Source: an uncultured Syntrophaceae bacterium | GTDB taxonomy: Bacteria > Desulfobacterota > Syntrophia > Syntrophales > UBA5619 | Length of the DNA: 63,444 nt | Assembly (NCBI GenBank): GCA_964433455.1 | Contig: CAYSSF010000002.1 | Span: 7,950 to 71,393, forward strand | Direction of reading: 5' to 3' | Shown: positions 1-8,289 of the stretch, piece by piece | Numbering within the stretch: the first letter of the stretch is position 1 | Layout of the letters: each line of letters begins with the position of its first letter | Notes under the pieces: generated by a model | What the model was told of the DNA's origin: nothing | The model's database searches: none | The model's input: the letters and a program-made list of their open reading frames with translations, nothing else | Program-made: the position numbers and the translations under genes

Positions 1-71
1 ATGGCGGCGTCGCCGAACAACTGTTCATTTTGAACCCTGCGGCTTTCACGCTCGATGTACTGATGCTGCAT
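1..71 (-). CDS. 5' end of an unidentified gene running off the window (MQHQYIERESRRVQNEQLFGDAA...)
   Basis: ATG at 71-69 (minus strand) with GAGG about 8 nt upstream. Only 23 codons are visible, so no product is assignable. Confidence 0.3.
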   Translation of the reverse strand, partial: MQHQYIERESRRVQNEQLFGDAA

Positions 72-216
72 TCGAATACCTCACTGTTTTAGGGTATCAT
101 AGCAGGGGATTGTTAAGCGTTGATGACCGGTCCGTGAAAATTTCATGAAATGGCATTGCGGAGGGACGCCCGAGAGTCCGAGGACCCGGAGGGTAGAAGG
201 GCAGGATTTCGCATCG

Positions 217-379
217 CTACGGATTGAAGGATGCACCCCAATCCCTGACCGCGCTTTTTGATATCACTCCTGATCGTCCGGATGGCTTTCAGCTTTTCCT
301 CCAGCGTGCCGGTCAGAAGCGCCGGGTCCGGAAAAGACCAGTGGAGACTTCAGACAAACAGGACTTTCTCTCTCTTCAT
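217..379 (-). pseudogene. internally deleted, frameshifted arsC-type (LMW-PTPase family) arsenate reductase relic
   Basis: Minus strand reads GGAG-n8-ATG MKREKVLFV*. The next frame reads [31 protein letters not shown], and a further frame reads SAVRDWGASFNP*. These match the N-terminus ([11 protein letters not shown]) and C-terminus ([43 protein letters not shown]) of the intact arsC at 43865-44299. The catalytic core is missing. Confidence 0.75.
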
Positions 380-469
380 CTTGCCACTCCGAAATCTTCC
401 GGGGCTAACCAAACAGAGACAGGTAAGGTTCGAGGTCCTTCCTCCCTCCGCCTCGAATCTGCCCCCTCC

Positions 470-2770
470 TTATCCTCTGGTTTTAAAATCCTTCTTCTTG
501 CCGATCTTCTTGACACTTTCTTCATAGGGCGCTGATTTCAAACCGCCCTGTCGGGCGATGGTAATCAGTTCGCTCTGGCTGCGGATCGGTTTTTCCCGAT
601 CCTTTGGTTCCCTCCGCACATAGGAACCATCCTGTTGCATGAGGCGGGCTTTCACATCGTCCTTCAGGTAGGTCAGCAGAATTTCGTCCATGATACGGGA
701 TTTCAGCTCACTGTCATTGATCGGATAGAGGATTTCGGCCCGTTTATTAAAATTGCGCGGCATCCAATCAGCACTTCCCGAATAGATTTCATTACTTCCA
801 CTGTTGTGAAAGTAATAAATTCGTGAATGCTCAAGGAAGCGGTCGAGGATGCTGATGACGCGGATGTTCTCACTGACTCCCGGTACGCCGGGTCGGAGGC
901 AACAGATGCCCCGGACGATGAGATCGATGTGAACGCCGGCGCAGGAGGCCTCATAAAGTTTACCGATCGTTTCCTTGTCTATGAGGGCGTTCATCTTGGC
1001 GATGATGCGTCCCGGCGACTTCGGTGTCGATTTTTTTATTTCCCGATCGATAAGGCCAAGGATCGTCTCCTGGGTGGTGACCGGGGAGAGCATGAATTTA
1101 TGGAACAGGGAGGCCACCGTTGCCTTGGTAAACATCTCGCCGCTGGTCCAGGAATTGAACCCTGTGAGAACGTTGAATAACGAGGAAACGTCATTGCCGA
1201 AATCCGGATCACAGGTCAGCAGTCCGATGTCGGTGTATAATTTGGCGGTTACTGTATTGTAATTGCCTGTGGATACGTGGACGTAACGCCGCAATTGTTT
1301 GCCCTCCCGGCGGACGACGAGGGTCGCCTTGCAGTGGGTTTTCCAGCGGACGAAACCGAAGACGGCGTTGACGCCAGACTCCTGCATCTGCCGCGACCAG
1401 TCAATGTTGTACTCCTCATCGAAGCGGGCCTTGAGCTCTATCACCGCAGTCACTCGCTTGCCGCGCTCGGCAGCCCGCCGTAAAGCGGCGATAACCGGAG
1501 AATCTTTACCGATCCGATAAAGGGTCTGCTTGATCGCCAGCACATCGGGATCGTCGGCGGCGCTGTTGATAAAATCCATCACGACGGCGAAGGAATCATA
1601 GGGATGGTGCAGGAGTACGTCGCCTTCGCGGATGACGGTAAAGATATCCCTGCCGTCCGCAAACCGCCGCGGTATCCGTGGGTTGAAGGGCGGATCCTTA
1701 TGGGAGGCATCCACCGGAAGATCATAGAGCGCCATGAAATCGCAGATATTCAGGGGGCCATTGATTTCATAGATAAAGCGCTCATCGATGCGGAGTTTCT
1801 GTGAAAGCAAATTGACAATTTTTTTTGGTGCGCCGGGTTCGATTTCGATCCGGACGGCAATCTGCTTCGCGCGATCTCTCAGCTCGGCTTCTACCGCCTG
1901 GATCAGATCCATCACCTCATCGTCATGGAGATCGTAGTCGTGGCTCCTGCTGATCCTTAGCGTGGTGGTGTGGGTAATATCCATCCCGGGAAAGAGCCGC
2001 TGGATATGCTGACGAATGAGCGCTTCCATAAGGACGAAGTGATGCCCTTGTCCCTCATTTACCTGTACGGGGATAAGCCTGGGTACGACGGACGGCACCT
2101 CCACGAAGGCGTAGGCTTTGGTAACCCTCGCTCTGCTTGGTTCCTTGAAGACGGCCATGATATTGAGGCGCAGATTGCCGAGGAACGGAAAGGGGTGACC
2201 CGCATCGACGGCAAAGGGCGTCAGAATGGGGAATACCTGCTCTTCAAAGTAGGTACGGAGTCGATTTTGCTCATTGGCGTCGAGCTCCTCGATGCGATGG
2301 ATGAATATATCGGCCGCCTTTTCCAACTGAGGCAGGATTTCATTCATAATGCATCGATACTGCTCATCAACCAGCTCACGTGCCTTGGCGGCGATATCGT
2401 TGAGTTCCTGACGGAGCGTACGGCCGCTGGGGTCCATATGTTCGAGGTCCGATTCCAGAATTTGGGAGAGCCCACCCACGCGGACCATGAAATACTCATC
2501 CAGGTTCGAACTGAAGATGGAGGCAAATTTGAGTTTATCGAGGGCCGGGGTAAGTGGGTCCTGCGCCTCTTCGAGAACCCGCCGATTGAACTCCAGCCAG
2601 GAGAGTTCGCGGTTAACATAAAGGGAAGGATCCATGAGATCGATCTCTGCTTTCGTCATAACGACCGCAGCCGGCTCTTTCTGTGGGGTTTCAATGCCGT
2701 CTACTGGTTTTTCCTTGGTCTTGATTGATTTCCTCGCGTTACGTACTTGATTGCGGAAAGTTTTGTCCAT
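470..2770 (-). CDS. ppk: polyphosphate kinase 1
   Basis: 766-aa ORF. The N-terminal LYVNRELSWLEFNRRVLEEA motif and the overall length and pattern are typical of PPK1. GGAGG lies 6 nt before ATG 2770. Confidence 0.93.
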   Translation of the reverse strand: MDKTFRNQVRNARKSIKTKEKPVDGIETPQKEPAAVVMTKAEIDLMDPSLYVNRELSWLEFNRRVLEEAQDPLTPALDKLKFASIFSSNLDEYFMVRVGGLSQILESDLEHMDPSGRTLRQELNDIAAKARELVDEQYRCIMNEILPQLEKAADIFIHRIEELDANEQNRLRTYFEEQVFPILTPFAVDAGHPFPFLGNLRLNIMAVFKEPSRARVTKAYAFVEVPSVVPRLIPVQVNEGQGHHFVLMEALIRQHIQRLFPGMDITHTTTLRISRSHDYDLHDDEVMDLIQAVEAELRDRAKQIAVRIEIEPGAPKKIVNLLSQKLRIDERFIYEINGPLNICDFMALYDLPVDASHKDPPFNPRIPRRFADGRDIFTVIREGDVLLHHPYDSFAVVMDFINSAADDPDVLAIKQTLYRIGKDSPVIAALRRAAERGKRVTAVIELKARFDEEYNIDWSRQMQESGVNAVFGFVRWKTHCKATLVVRREGKQLRRYVHVSTGNYNTVTAKLYTDIGLLTCDPDFGNDVSSLFNVLTGFNSWTSGEMFTKATVASLFHKFMLSPVTTQETILGLIDREIKKSTPKSPGRIIAKMNALIDKETIGKLYEASCAGVHIDLIVRGICCLRPGVPGVSENIRVISILDRFLEHSRIYYFHNSGSNEIYSGSADWMPRNFNKRAEILYPINDSELKSRIMDEILLTYLKDDVKARLMQQDGSYVRREPKDREKPIRSQSELITIARQGGLKSAPYEESVKKIGKKKDFKTRG

Positions 2771-2958
2771 GCTTTTCCTCCACGGCTGTTCATCTCAGAT
2801 GGCTTTCCCCATTTCATCGCAAGATCTTCCGGATCACATCGGCAGGGAATGGTCTTCCGTGCGCTGGATAGATTTGCACAACCATCCTCTCAGTCTTTAC
2901 GAAGGTTTGCCCACTTCACTCCGCACCGGTTGATCCATGCCATGCGCCGCGCCGGCTC

Positions 2959-4338
2959 TCACAATATCCGTGCACCCAATTCAGCCAGCGCGGAGCGCTC
3001 CCCTTTGCAGAGGGTCACATGGCCGGCAACGGCTTCACCTTTAAATTTCTCCACGAAGTAGGTCAAACCGTTGCTGCTTGCATCCAGATAGGGGTGATCG
3101 ATCTGCTCCGGATCGCCGGTAAATACAACCTTCGATCCCTCCCCGATCCGAGTAACGATCGTTTTGATCATCTGCGGGCTGAGATTTTGCGCCTCGTCGC
3201 AGATGATGAACTGCCTGGGTATGCTCCTCCCCCGGATGTAGGTCAGCGGTTCCATTTCCATGACCCCACACTCAATCAGGTGCTCAACGATTCTAAGGGA
3301 CTTGATCCGATCCCCCCCATCCGCCTCCCGGCAGCTTTTCCCCGCCACGGAAAGTCTGGAGCGGTTTTCCCTGGGCTCCTGAGAATTGCTGAAGATATGC
3401 TCGATGTTGTCAAAGATGGGCTGCATCCAGGGCCGCAGCTTTTCATCCTTGTCGCCCGGGAGAAAGCCGATATCGTTGCCAACCGGTACGATGGGCCTGG
3501 TAATCAACAGACGCGAGTAGGTCTTTTCGTCAAGCACCTTCTGCAATCCCACGGCAATCGCCAGCAGGGTCTTCCCAGTCCCGGCCCTTCCCACGAGGGT
3601 TACGGCCCCGATTTGGTCATTTAGAAGCAATTCCATCGCAAATCGCTGCTCCTTGTTACGTGCCCTGATCCCAAAACACTCTACATCGGCATGAATCAGC
3701 GGCACAAGCGTATGGCCATTTTGGTGCCGGCTGAGAGCCGACTGAGAAGGGTTGCCAGGATTCCTTAAAATGAAAAACTGATTGGGATGCCCCACCCATT
3801 CCTCGTTCATAACCAGTTTCTTGTTTCGATAAAAGCAGTCCAACTGCTCTTCCGTGACGGCCTCCGTTCCAACCCCGCTATACAACGAGTCAAACTGAAC
3901 CTTGTCCTTATAAAAATCTTCCGACGGGATTCCGATCACATCAGCTTTTATGCGGAGATTCAGATCCTTGGTTACCAGATGGACATTTTCCTTTTCCTGA
4001 TGGAGCTGATAGGTTACGGCCAGTATCCTGTTGTCGTGTTTGCTCCAATCGAGCCCTTTCGGCAGCTTATCGATGGAACCGTGATTCACCTCGATCCGGA
4101 CCGTGCCCCCGCCGGGAGAGACGACACCTTCGGCAAGACTGCCCTTTTCGCGAAGTTCGTCCAGGGACCTCGAAACCTCCCTGGCGTTTTTACCGATCTC
4201 ATCCTGGCGTCTCTTCTGATGATCGATCTCCTCGATGACCGCCAGCGGAATCACCACATCATTGTCTTCAAACGCATGGATCGCCTGGGGGTTGTGCAAA
4301 AGAATGTTGGTATCCAGAATATAGGTTTTTTGCACCAT
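2959..4338 (-). CDS. PhoH2-type protein (N-terminal PIN domain fused to PhoH-like P-loop ATPase)
   Basis: PIN-like YILDTNILLH...LAVIEEID at the N-terminus. Walker A GRAGTGKT and a PhoH-like C-terminal half. 459 aa. Confidence 0.85.
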   Translation of the reverse strand: MVQKTYILDTNILLHNPQAIHAFEDNDVVIPLAVIEEIDHQKRRQDEIGKNAREVSRSLDELREKGSLAEGVVSPGGGTVRIEVNHGSIDKLPKGLDWSKHDNRILAVTYQLHQEKENVHLVTKDLNLRIKADVIGIPSEDFYKDKVQFDSLYSGVGTEAVTEEQLDCFYRNKKLVMNEEWVGHPNQFFILRNPGNPSQSALSRHQNGHTLVPLIHADVECFGIRARNKEQRFAMELLLNDQIGAVTLVGRAGTGKTLLAIAVGLQKVLDEKTYSRLLITRPIVPVGNDIGFLPGDKDEKLRPWMQPIFDNIEHIFSNSQEPRENRSRLSVAGKSCREADGGDRIKSLRIVEHLIECGVMEMEPLTYIRGRSIPRQFIICDEAQNLSPQMIKTIVTRIGEGSKVVFTGDPEQIDHPYLDASSNGLTYFVEKFKGEAVAGHVTLCKGERSALAELGARIL

Positions 4339-4488
4339 GACCTCCTTTCATATCGCGGTCTATCCTGATCATCCGCGGCCAATCCTTGTTCAAGCATCTC
4401 CGGAACCCAGGTGCGCCGATGAGAGATAGAACAAAAAGCCTGAGGATGATCCAGAAAGTATGTCCCTTTTCAGATTTCGGACTTCGGC

Positions 4489-4770
4489 TCATGATGGGGT
4501 AATGGTGAAGCGGTCGCCATTCAGCGGCGCCTGTTCGCCTTTTTTCCATTTCAGAACGATAATGAGCTTTTCCCGCAGGCTCTCTTTTCCCAGCCTGGCC
4601 TCCGCTTCCAGATCGAAAGCGACCGGATCCGTCGGTTTCAACGTGACGACCTCATCATTCTTGCGGATGCAGAACCTGCCCTTTTTGAGGGAGGCGACCA
4701 GGTGCTCCAACTGGTTGATCACATTCCCCAATGTCTCTTTGGATTTGACCTTCAAATGTTGAGTTGCCAT
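4489..4770 (-). CDS. small amphi-Trp-domain-like protein
   Basis: 93 aa with a GGGGAGA RBS. Clear paralog of 4862-5335 (shared QHL.(V/I)K(S/T)K, LE.L, LK(K/R)G, LKP, DLEAEA, K(I/L)...L.W). The family name is from memory of the amphi-Trp domain and is not verified. Confidence 0.6.
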   Translation of the reverse strand: MATQHLKVKSKETLGNVINQLEHLVASLKKGRFCIRKNDEVVTLKPTDPVAFDLEAEARLGKESLREKLIIVLKWKKGEQAPLNGDRFTITPS

Positions 4771-4861
4771 GCTGTCTCCCCTTTGCTGAATTGATATTTA
4801 AACCGGCAATGGCCAAACAGGGCCAATCCGTTTCCACATTCCGGAGAAACGCTATCGTTCA

Positions 4862-5335
4862 TCAGGGCTTTTTCCGCACGAATAGCTTCGACTGCTTCGC
4901 GCCTCGCCTTGCGGCTTTCTTCCGGATCGCTTCAGGTGACGCCTTGTCCTTCCGGGTGTCGCCCGCATCCGGTTGGTTTTCGAATGCTCCCCGTTCTGCT
5001 CCGCCGCTTTTGCGGGGTGAAAGCGGCGGATCCCGATGCTCGCCGTCCGCCAAATCCGGGCCGGCAATCGAAAATATCTCTTCCCCTCGCGGCCAGGTTT
5101 CCCGGATCTCCCATTGGAGTTTGAGGACGATTTTTTCCTTACTGATCGCATGGTCCGGCTTGGCCTCGGCCTCCAGATCCATGCTGATCGGTGTCCGGGG
5201 TTTGAGCAGGATGGACTTCCCGTCATGCGCGAGGAAAATAGTTCCCCGCTTGAGACATTCTATCAGGCTCTCCAGATATTCAACGGCAACGGAAAATCCT
5301 GTTTTCGTTTTGATCTGTAAATGCTGACTGGCCAT
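4862..5335 (-). CDS. amphi-Trp-domain-like protein with basic C-terminal extension
   Basis: 157 aa with AGGAGG 6 nt before the ATG. The N-terminal 85 aa are paralogous to 4489-4770. The tail is Arg/Lys/Pro-rich and low in complexity. Confidence 0.6.
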   Translation of the reverse strand: MASQHLQIKTKTGFSVAVEYLESLIECLKRGTIFLAHDGKSILLKPRTPISMDLEAEAKPDHAISKEKIVLKLQWEIRETWPRGEEIFSIAGPDLADGEHRDPPLSPRKSGGAERGAFENQPDAGDTRKDKASPEAIRKKAARRGAKQSKLFVRKKP

Positions 5336-5419
5336 GGGGCGCCTCCTGACGGTTTCGATATTTCCGACATCAACCAGATTTCCCCCGGTTTGTGAAGCGC
5401 CAACATCAAATCATCAAAA

Positions 5420-5459
5420 TGTGAAGGGAATATGACAAAATCGTGACGATATTGTGAAG
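5420..5459 (-). promoter_or_regulatory. Pho-box-like array (4 phased half-sites) upstream of the amphi-Trp/phoH2/ppk gene string
   Basis: Minus strand reads CTTCACA(5459-5453), CGTCACG(5448-5442), TGTCATA(5437-5431), CTTCACA(5426-5420). Spacing is exactly 11 bp. The array ends 85 nt before ATG 5335. Confidence 0.6.
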
Positions 5460-5478
5460 ATATTCAGTTGCCTCCATA

Positions 5479-5506
5479 TTTAACGAAAACGTCATCAACC
5501 GGTCAC
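5479..5506 (+). promoter_or_regulatory. Pho-box-like array (3 phased half-sites), duplicated copy of the array at 16906-16933
   Basis: TTTAAC(5479), CGTCAT(5490), GGTCAC(5501) at 11-bp spacing, 90 nt before ATG 5597. GTCATCAaCCGGTCACA here matches GTCATCAtCCGGTCACA upstream of the 812-aa gene. Confidence 0.6.
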
Positions 5507-5596
5507 AATAATCCGCTAAAGGATATTCCGGGAAACAGGTCGGCCCCGCATTTCCGGGACTACGAAAATGAAACATCCTTATTCAGGAGTCTATCG

Positions 5597-6244
5597 ATGA
5601 GCAGATCCGAAACAGCCCTTTGCTTGTCCCTGTCCCCGTGCCGCCTTGACGGCGAAAAGATCCACTCTCAAAGGGCGGTCATAGAAAAGCTCAACGTATA
5701 CAAGCTCTTCGGAATCAGCATCGAAGACCTCCCGTTTTCCATAGGCGACACAACCGCCGGGAGCGAAGCGGAGCTGCAGGCCGTGGTGGTCGGCAAAAAA
5801 GAAAATGTCGACCTCCCCCTCACAATCATCCGGTCGCACTATTTTGCCAACATCATCAAAAGGACGGCCTCCGGCGAGCTGCCCACCCGGACCATGACAG
5901 ACCTGGAGAGGTATCTGGACGAAAATGCCGACGGCGTCTGGGAAAACAGTTGGGTCCGTTTTCCGATGGCCCTGCTGGGGTATTTCGCTCGACGGATCTT
6001 TCAGGACGACCTGCTGGCGGACAAGGCCGATCCGGACCAAGGCAACCGAAAGGCCCTTAACAAAGAAAATTATGGAAAGGAAAGGTTTGAATATGTATAC
6101 CGGCACCAACACCCACATGGACGCCTCGCAGGAGGGCGTCGTCATAGCCTGCAAACGGGACTACCTTCCGGATTCGCGGTCCGGGTCCTCCCTGGACGCC
6201 CCTATCGATCTCAAGCTGACACAACTGTTCAAAAGTCTTCGTAG
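5597..6244 (+). pseudogene. truncated duplicate (N-terminal ~165 codons) of the 812-aa unknown protein gene
   Basis: MSRSETALCLSLSPCRL...EKLNVYKLFGISIEDLPF...ENSWVRFP...LLADKADP aligns at roughly 75 % aa identity (hand count) with residues 1-~165 of 14380-16818. Homology is lost near nt 6100, and the frame then runs out-of-frame over the kinase 5' end. Confidence 0.7.
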
Positions 6245-7736
6245 AAACGTTTCCATTTTCATGGTCGCCACCGACCCCCTCGGGATGATCCGCCTGGCCT
6301 CTTCCAACGCCGGGCTGCTGTTGGGTTGCAACCTCTCCGAACTGCTGGAGGTAGACATCCGGACCTTGTTCAGCGACGAACCGGGACGAACGAACGATAT
6401 CATGGCCGATCTGGAAACCGAAGGGGAGTTGGAAAATCTGGAGATGGTTTTGAAAAGGAAAGACGGAGATCCATTGCATGTCGACATCTCCGCTTCCCTG
6501 CTGATCGGCGAAGATCGACAACGGCTGGGGACCATCTTTCTGCTCCGGGACATCACAGAAAAAAAGAAGATGGAAGACCAGTTGCGCCATTCACAAAAGA
6601 TGGAGGCGATCGGAACCCTCGCCGGCGGGATCGCCCACGACTTCAACAATCTCCTGACCGGAATCCAGGGCTACGCCTCCCTGATGCTTTTCGACTTGCA
6701 GCCGCAGCATCCCCATTACGAAATGGTCAGAAGCATCGAACAGCAGATTCAAAGCGGCGCGGACCTCACAAAGAAACTGCTGGGGTTTGCCAAAGGGGGA
6801 AAGTACGAGGTCAGACCCATCGATATCAACGACCTCGTCCGAAAAAGCGTCAGGATCTTCGGTCGCACACGCAAGGAGATCAAGGTGCACGGCAGGTATG
6901 CGGAGCCGATCGAGACCGTCGAGGTCGATGCCAGCCAGATCGAGCATGTCCTGCTGAACCTCTATATCAACGCCTGGCAGGCGATGCCCGAGGGGGGTGA
7001 TCTGTACATCGACACAGAAAACATCATGCTGGATCAACCCTTCCTCAAGACCTACAATATCAAACCGGGACTCTTTGTAAAAGTCTCCGTTACGGACACC
7101 GGGGTCGGTATGGACGCGGAAACCCAACACCGGGTGTTCGAACCCTTTTTCACAACCAAGGAGCGGGGCCGGGGAACAGGCCTCGGCATGGCTTCCGCGT
7201 ACGGCATCATCAAGAGCCACGGCGGCGTCATCAAGGTCTACAGCGAAATCGGGAAAGGGACGACCGTGACCATCCATCTGCCGGCGTCGAACAAGCAGAA
7301 ATTCCGCGAGATCAAACCTCGCCATCAGCTCAGACGGGGTCATGAAACCATTCTGCTCATCGATGACGAAGAGTCGAATGCCCAGGTGACGGGGGAGTTG
7401 CTTGAAAGAGTTGGTTACCGCGTGTTGACGGCGAACAACGGCATGGAAGGAATGGCGATATTCAAAAAGCGGAAGGCGGAGATCTCCGTCGTGATTCTGG
7501 ACATGATCATGCCCGGAATGACGGGCAGAGAAACATTCGAAGCCTTGAAAGAGATCGAACCCACCGTCAGGGTTATCCTGTCCAGCGGTTACAGCCTCAA
7601 CGGCCAGGCCCGGGAAATCCTGGAGCAGGGCTGCCGGGGGTTCATCCAGAAGCCCTTCGATATATCGAGACTCTCGCAAAAGATCGGGGAGGTTTTACTG
7701 GACGGCAGCGGGGAAACGGTCAAACGGGCGGGATGA
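6072..7736 (+). CDS. hybrid sensor histidine kinase (PAS-HisKA-HATPase-REC)
   Basis: PAS-like region followed by the H-box GGIAHDFNNLLTGIQGY. ATPase motifs DTGVGM and GTGLGMA. C-terminal receiver domain ILLIDDEE...ILDMIMPGM...KPF. The start is ambiguous (ATG 6072, 6093 or 6117), and the track ORF begins at 5925. Confidence 0.85.
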   Translation: MERKGLNMYTGTNTHMDASQEGVVIACKRDYLPDSRSGSSLDAPIDLKLTQLFKSLRRNVSIFMVATDPLGMIRLASSNAGLLLGCNLSELLEVDIRTLFSDEPGRTNDIMADLETEGELENLEMVLKRKDGDPLHVDISASLLIGEDRQRLGTIFLLRDITEKKKMEDQLRHSQKMEAIGTLAGGIAHDFNNLLTGIQGYASLMLFDLQPQHPHYEMVRSIEQQIQSGADLTKKLLGFAKGGKYEVRPIDINDLVRKSVRIFGRTRKEIKVHGRYAEPIETVEVDASQIEHVLLNLYINAWQAMPEGGDLYIDTENIMLDQPFLKTYNIKPGLFVKVSVTDTGVGMDAETQHRVFEPFFTTKERGRGTGLGMASAYGIIKSHGGVIKVYSEIGKGTTVTIHLPASNKQKFREIKPRHQLRRGHETILLIDDEESNAQVTGELLERVGYRVLTANNGMEGMAIFKKRKAEISVVILDMIMPGMTGRETFEALKEIEPTVRVILSSGYSLNGQAREILEQGCRGFIQKPFDISRLSQKIGEVLLDGSGETVKRAG

Positions 7737-7833
7737 ATCACGATCCGGGATCTCCTTGGAACACGATCTACAACGCATCCGAACCTGATGGACATCTTCT
7801 ATGAGGCAATCGACGAGAAGGTGTAGACGATCC

Positions 7834-7932
7834 GACCTGCATCGGTATCGAGAACCGACGCTCTTTGAGATAACGCGGGAAGTGAAGAATGATGAATAGA
7901 CAGTCATCGTAATCATCTGTCTTCGGCAACTG
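7834..7932 (-). pseudogene. 99-nt fragment of a corA-like gene (inverted copy of 38476-38574)
   Basis: The minus strand encodes QLPKTDDYDDCLFIILHFPRYLKERRFSIPMQV, against NQLPKIDDYGEYLFIILHFPRYLKELRFSIPMQV in the CorA-like gene. Hand alignment gives about 83 of 99 nt identical with no gaps. Confidence 0.8.
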
Positions 7933-7941
7933 GACGGAACT

Positions 7942-8094
7942 ATGCTCCGCACCGCGGCCGTCCAACAGATTCACGCCGTGATCCGGCAGAACTCGTCGGC
8001 ATCGGATGAGCTCTCCGCCACGGCCGAAGAACTCTCCGGCCAGGCCTACCAGCTTCGGGATACCATTCAATTCTTCAGAACGGACGAAGGATAG
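7942..8094 (+). pseudogene. 3'-terminal fragment of a methyl-accepting chemotaxis protein gene
   Basis: 50 codons read MLRTAAVQQIHAVIRQNSSASDELSATAEELSGQAYQLRDTIQFFRTDEG*. This matches the conserved MCP signalling-domain C-terminus (..QQNAASAEE.SA.AEELS.QA..L...V..F). No upstream MCP body is present. Confidence 0.7.
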
Positions 8095-8170
8095 CGCGCT
8101 TACCGCAGAGAGGGCCCGTCCGGGCCACCCCCACCGGTGTGCCTTGGCCCTTTTTTCATTCACCCCTCTC

Positions 8171-8209
8171 CATCACGGAATCTTCATAAAGACGACACAG
8201 GGACGTAAC
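8171..8209 (+). promoter_or_regulatory. Pho-box-like array (4 phased half-sites) upstream of the second pst operon
   Basis: CATCAC(8171), CTTCAT(8182), CGACAC(8193), CGTAAC(8204) at 11-bp spacing, ending 81 nt before ATG 8290. The half-sites are more degenerate than in the other arrays. Confidence 0.45.
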
Positions 8210-8289
8210 ATTTCTGTGTTTCAATGCCCATGTCTGGACAACGTGTCTGGTCGTTGTTGTAAAACATCCCCTGTCTAAGGAGGCTCTGT

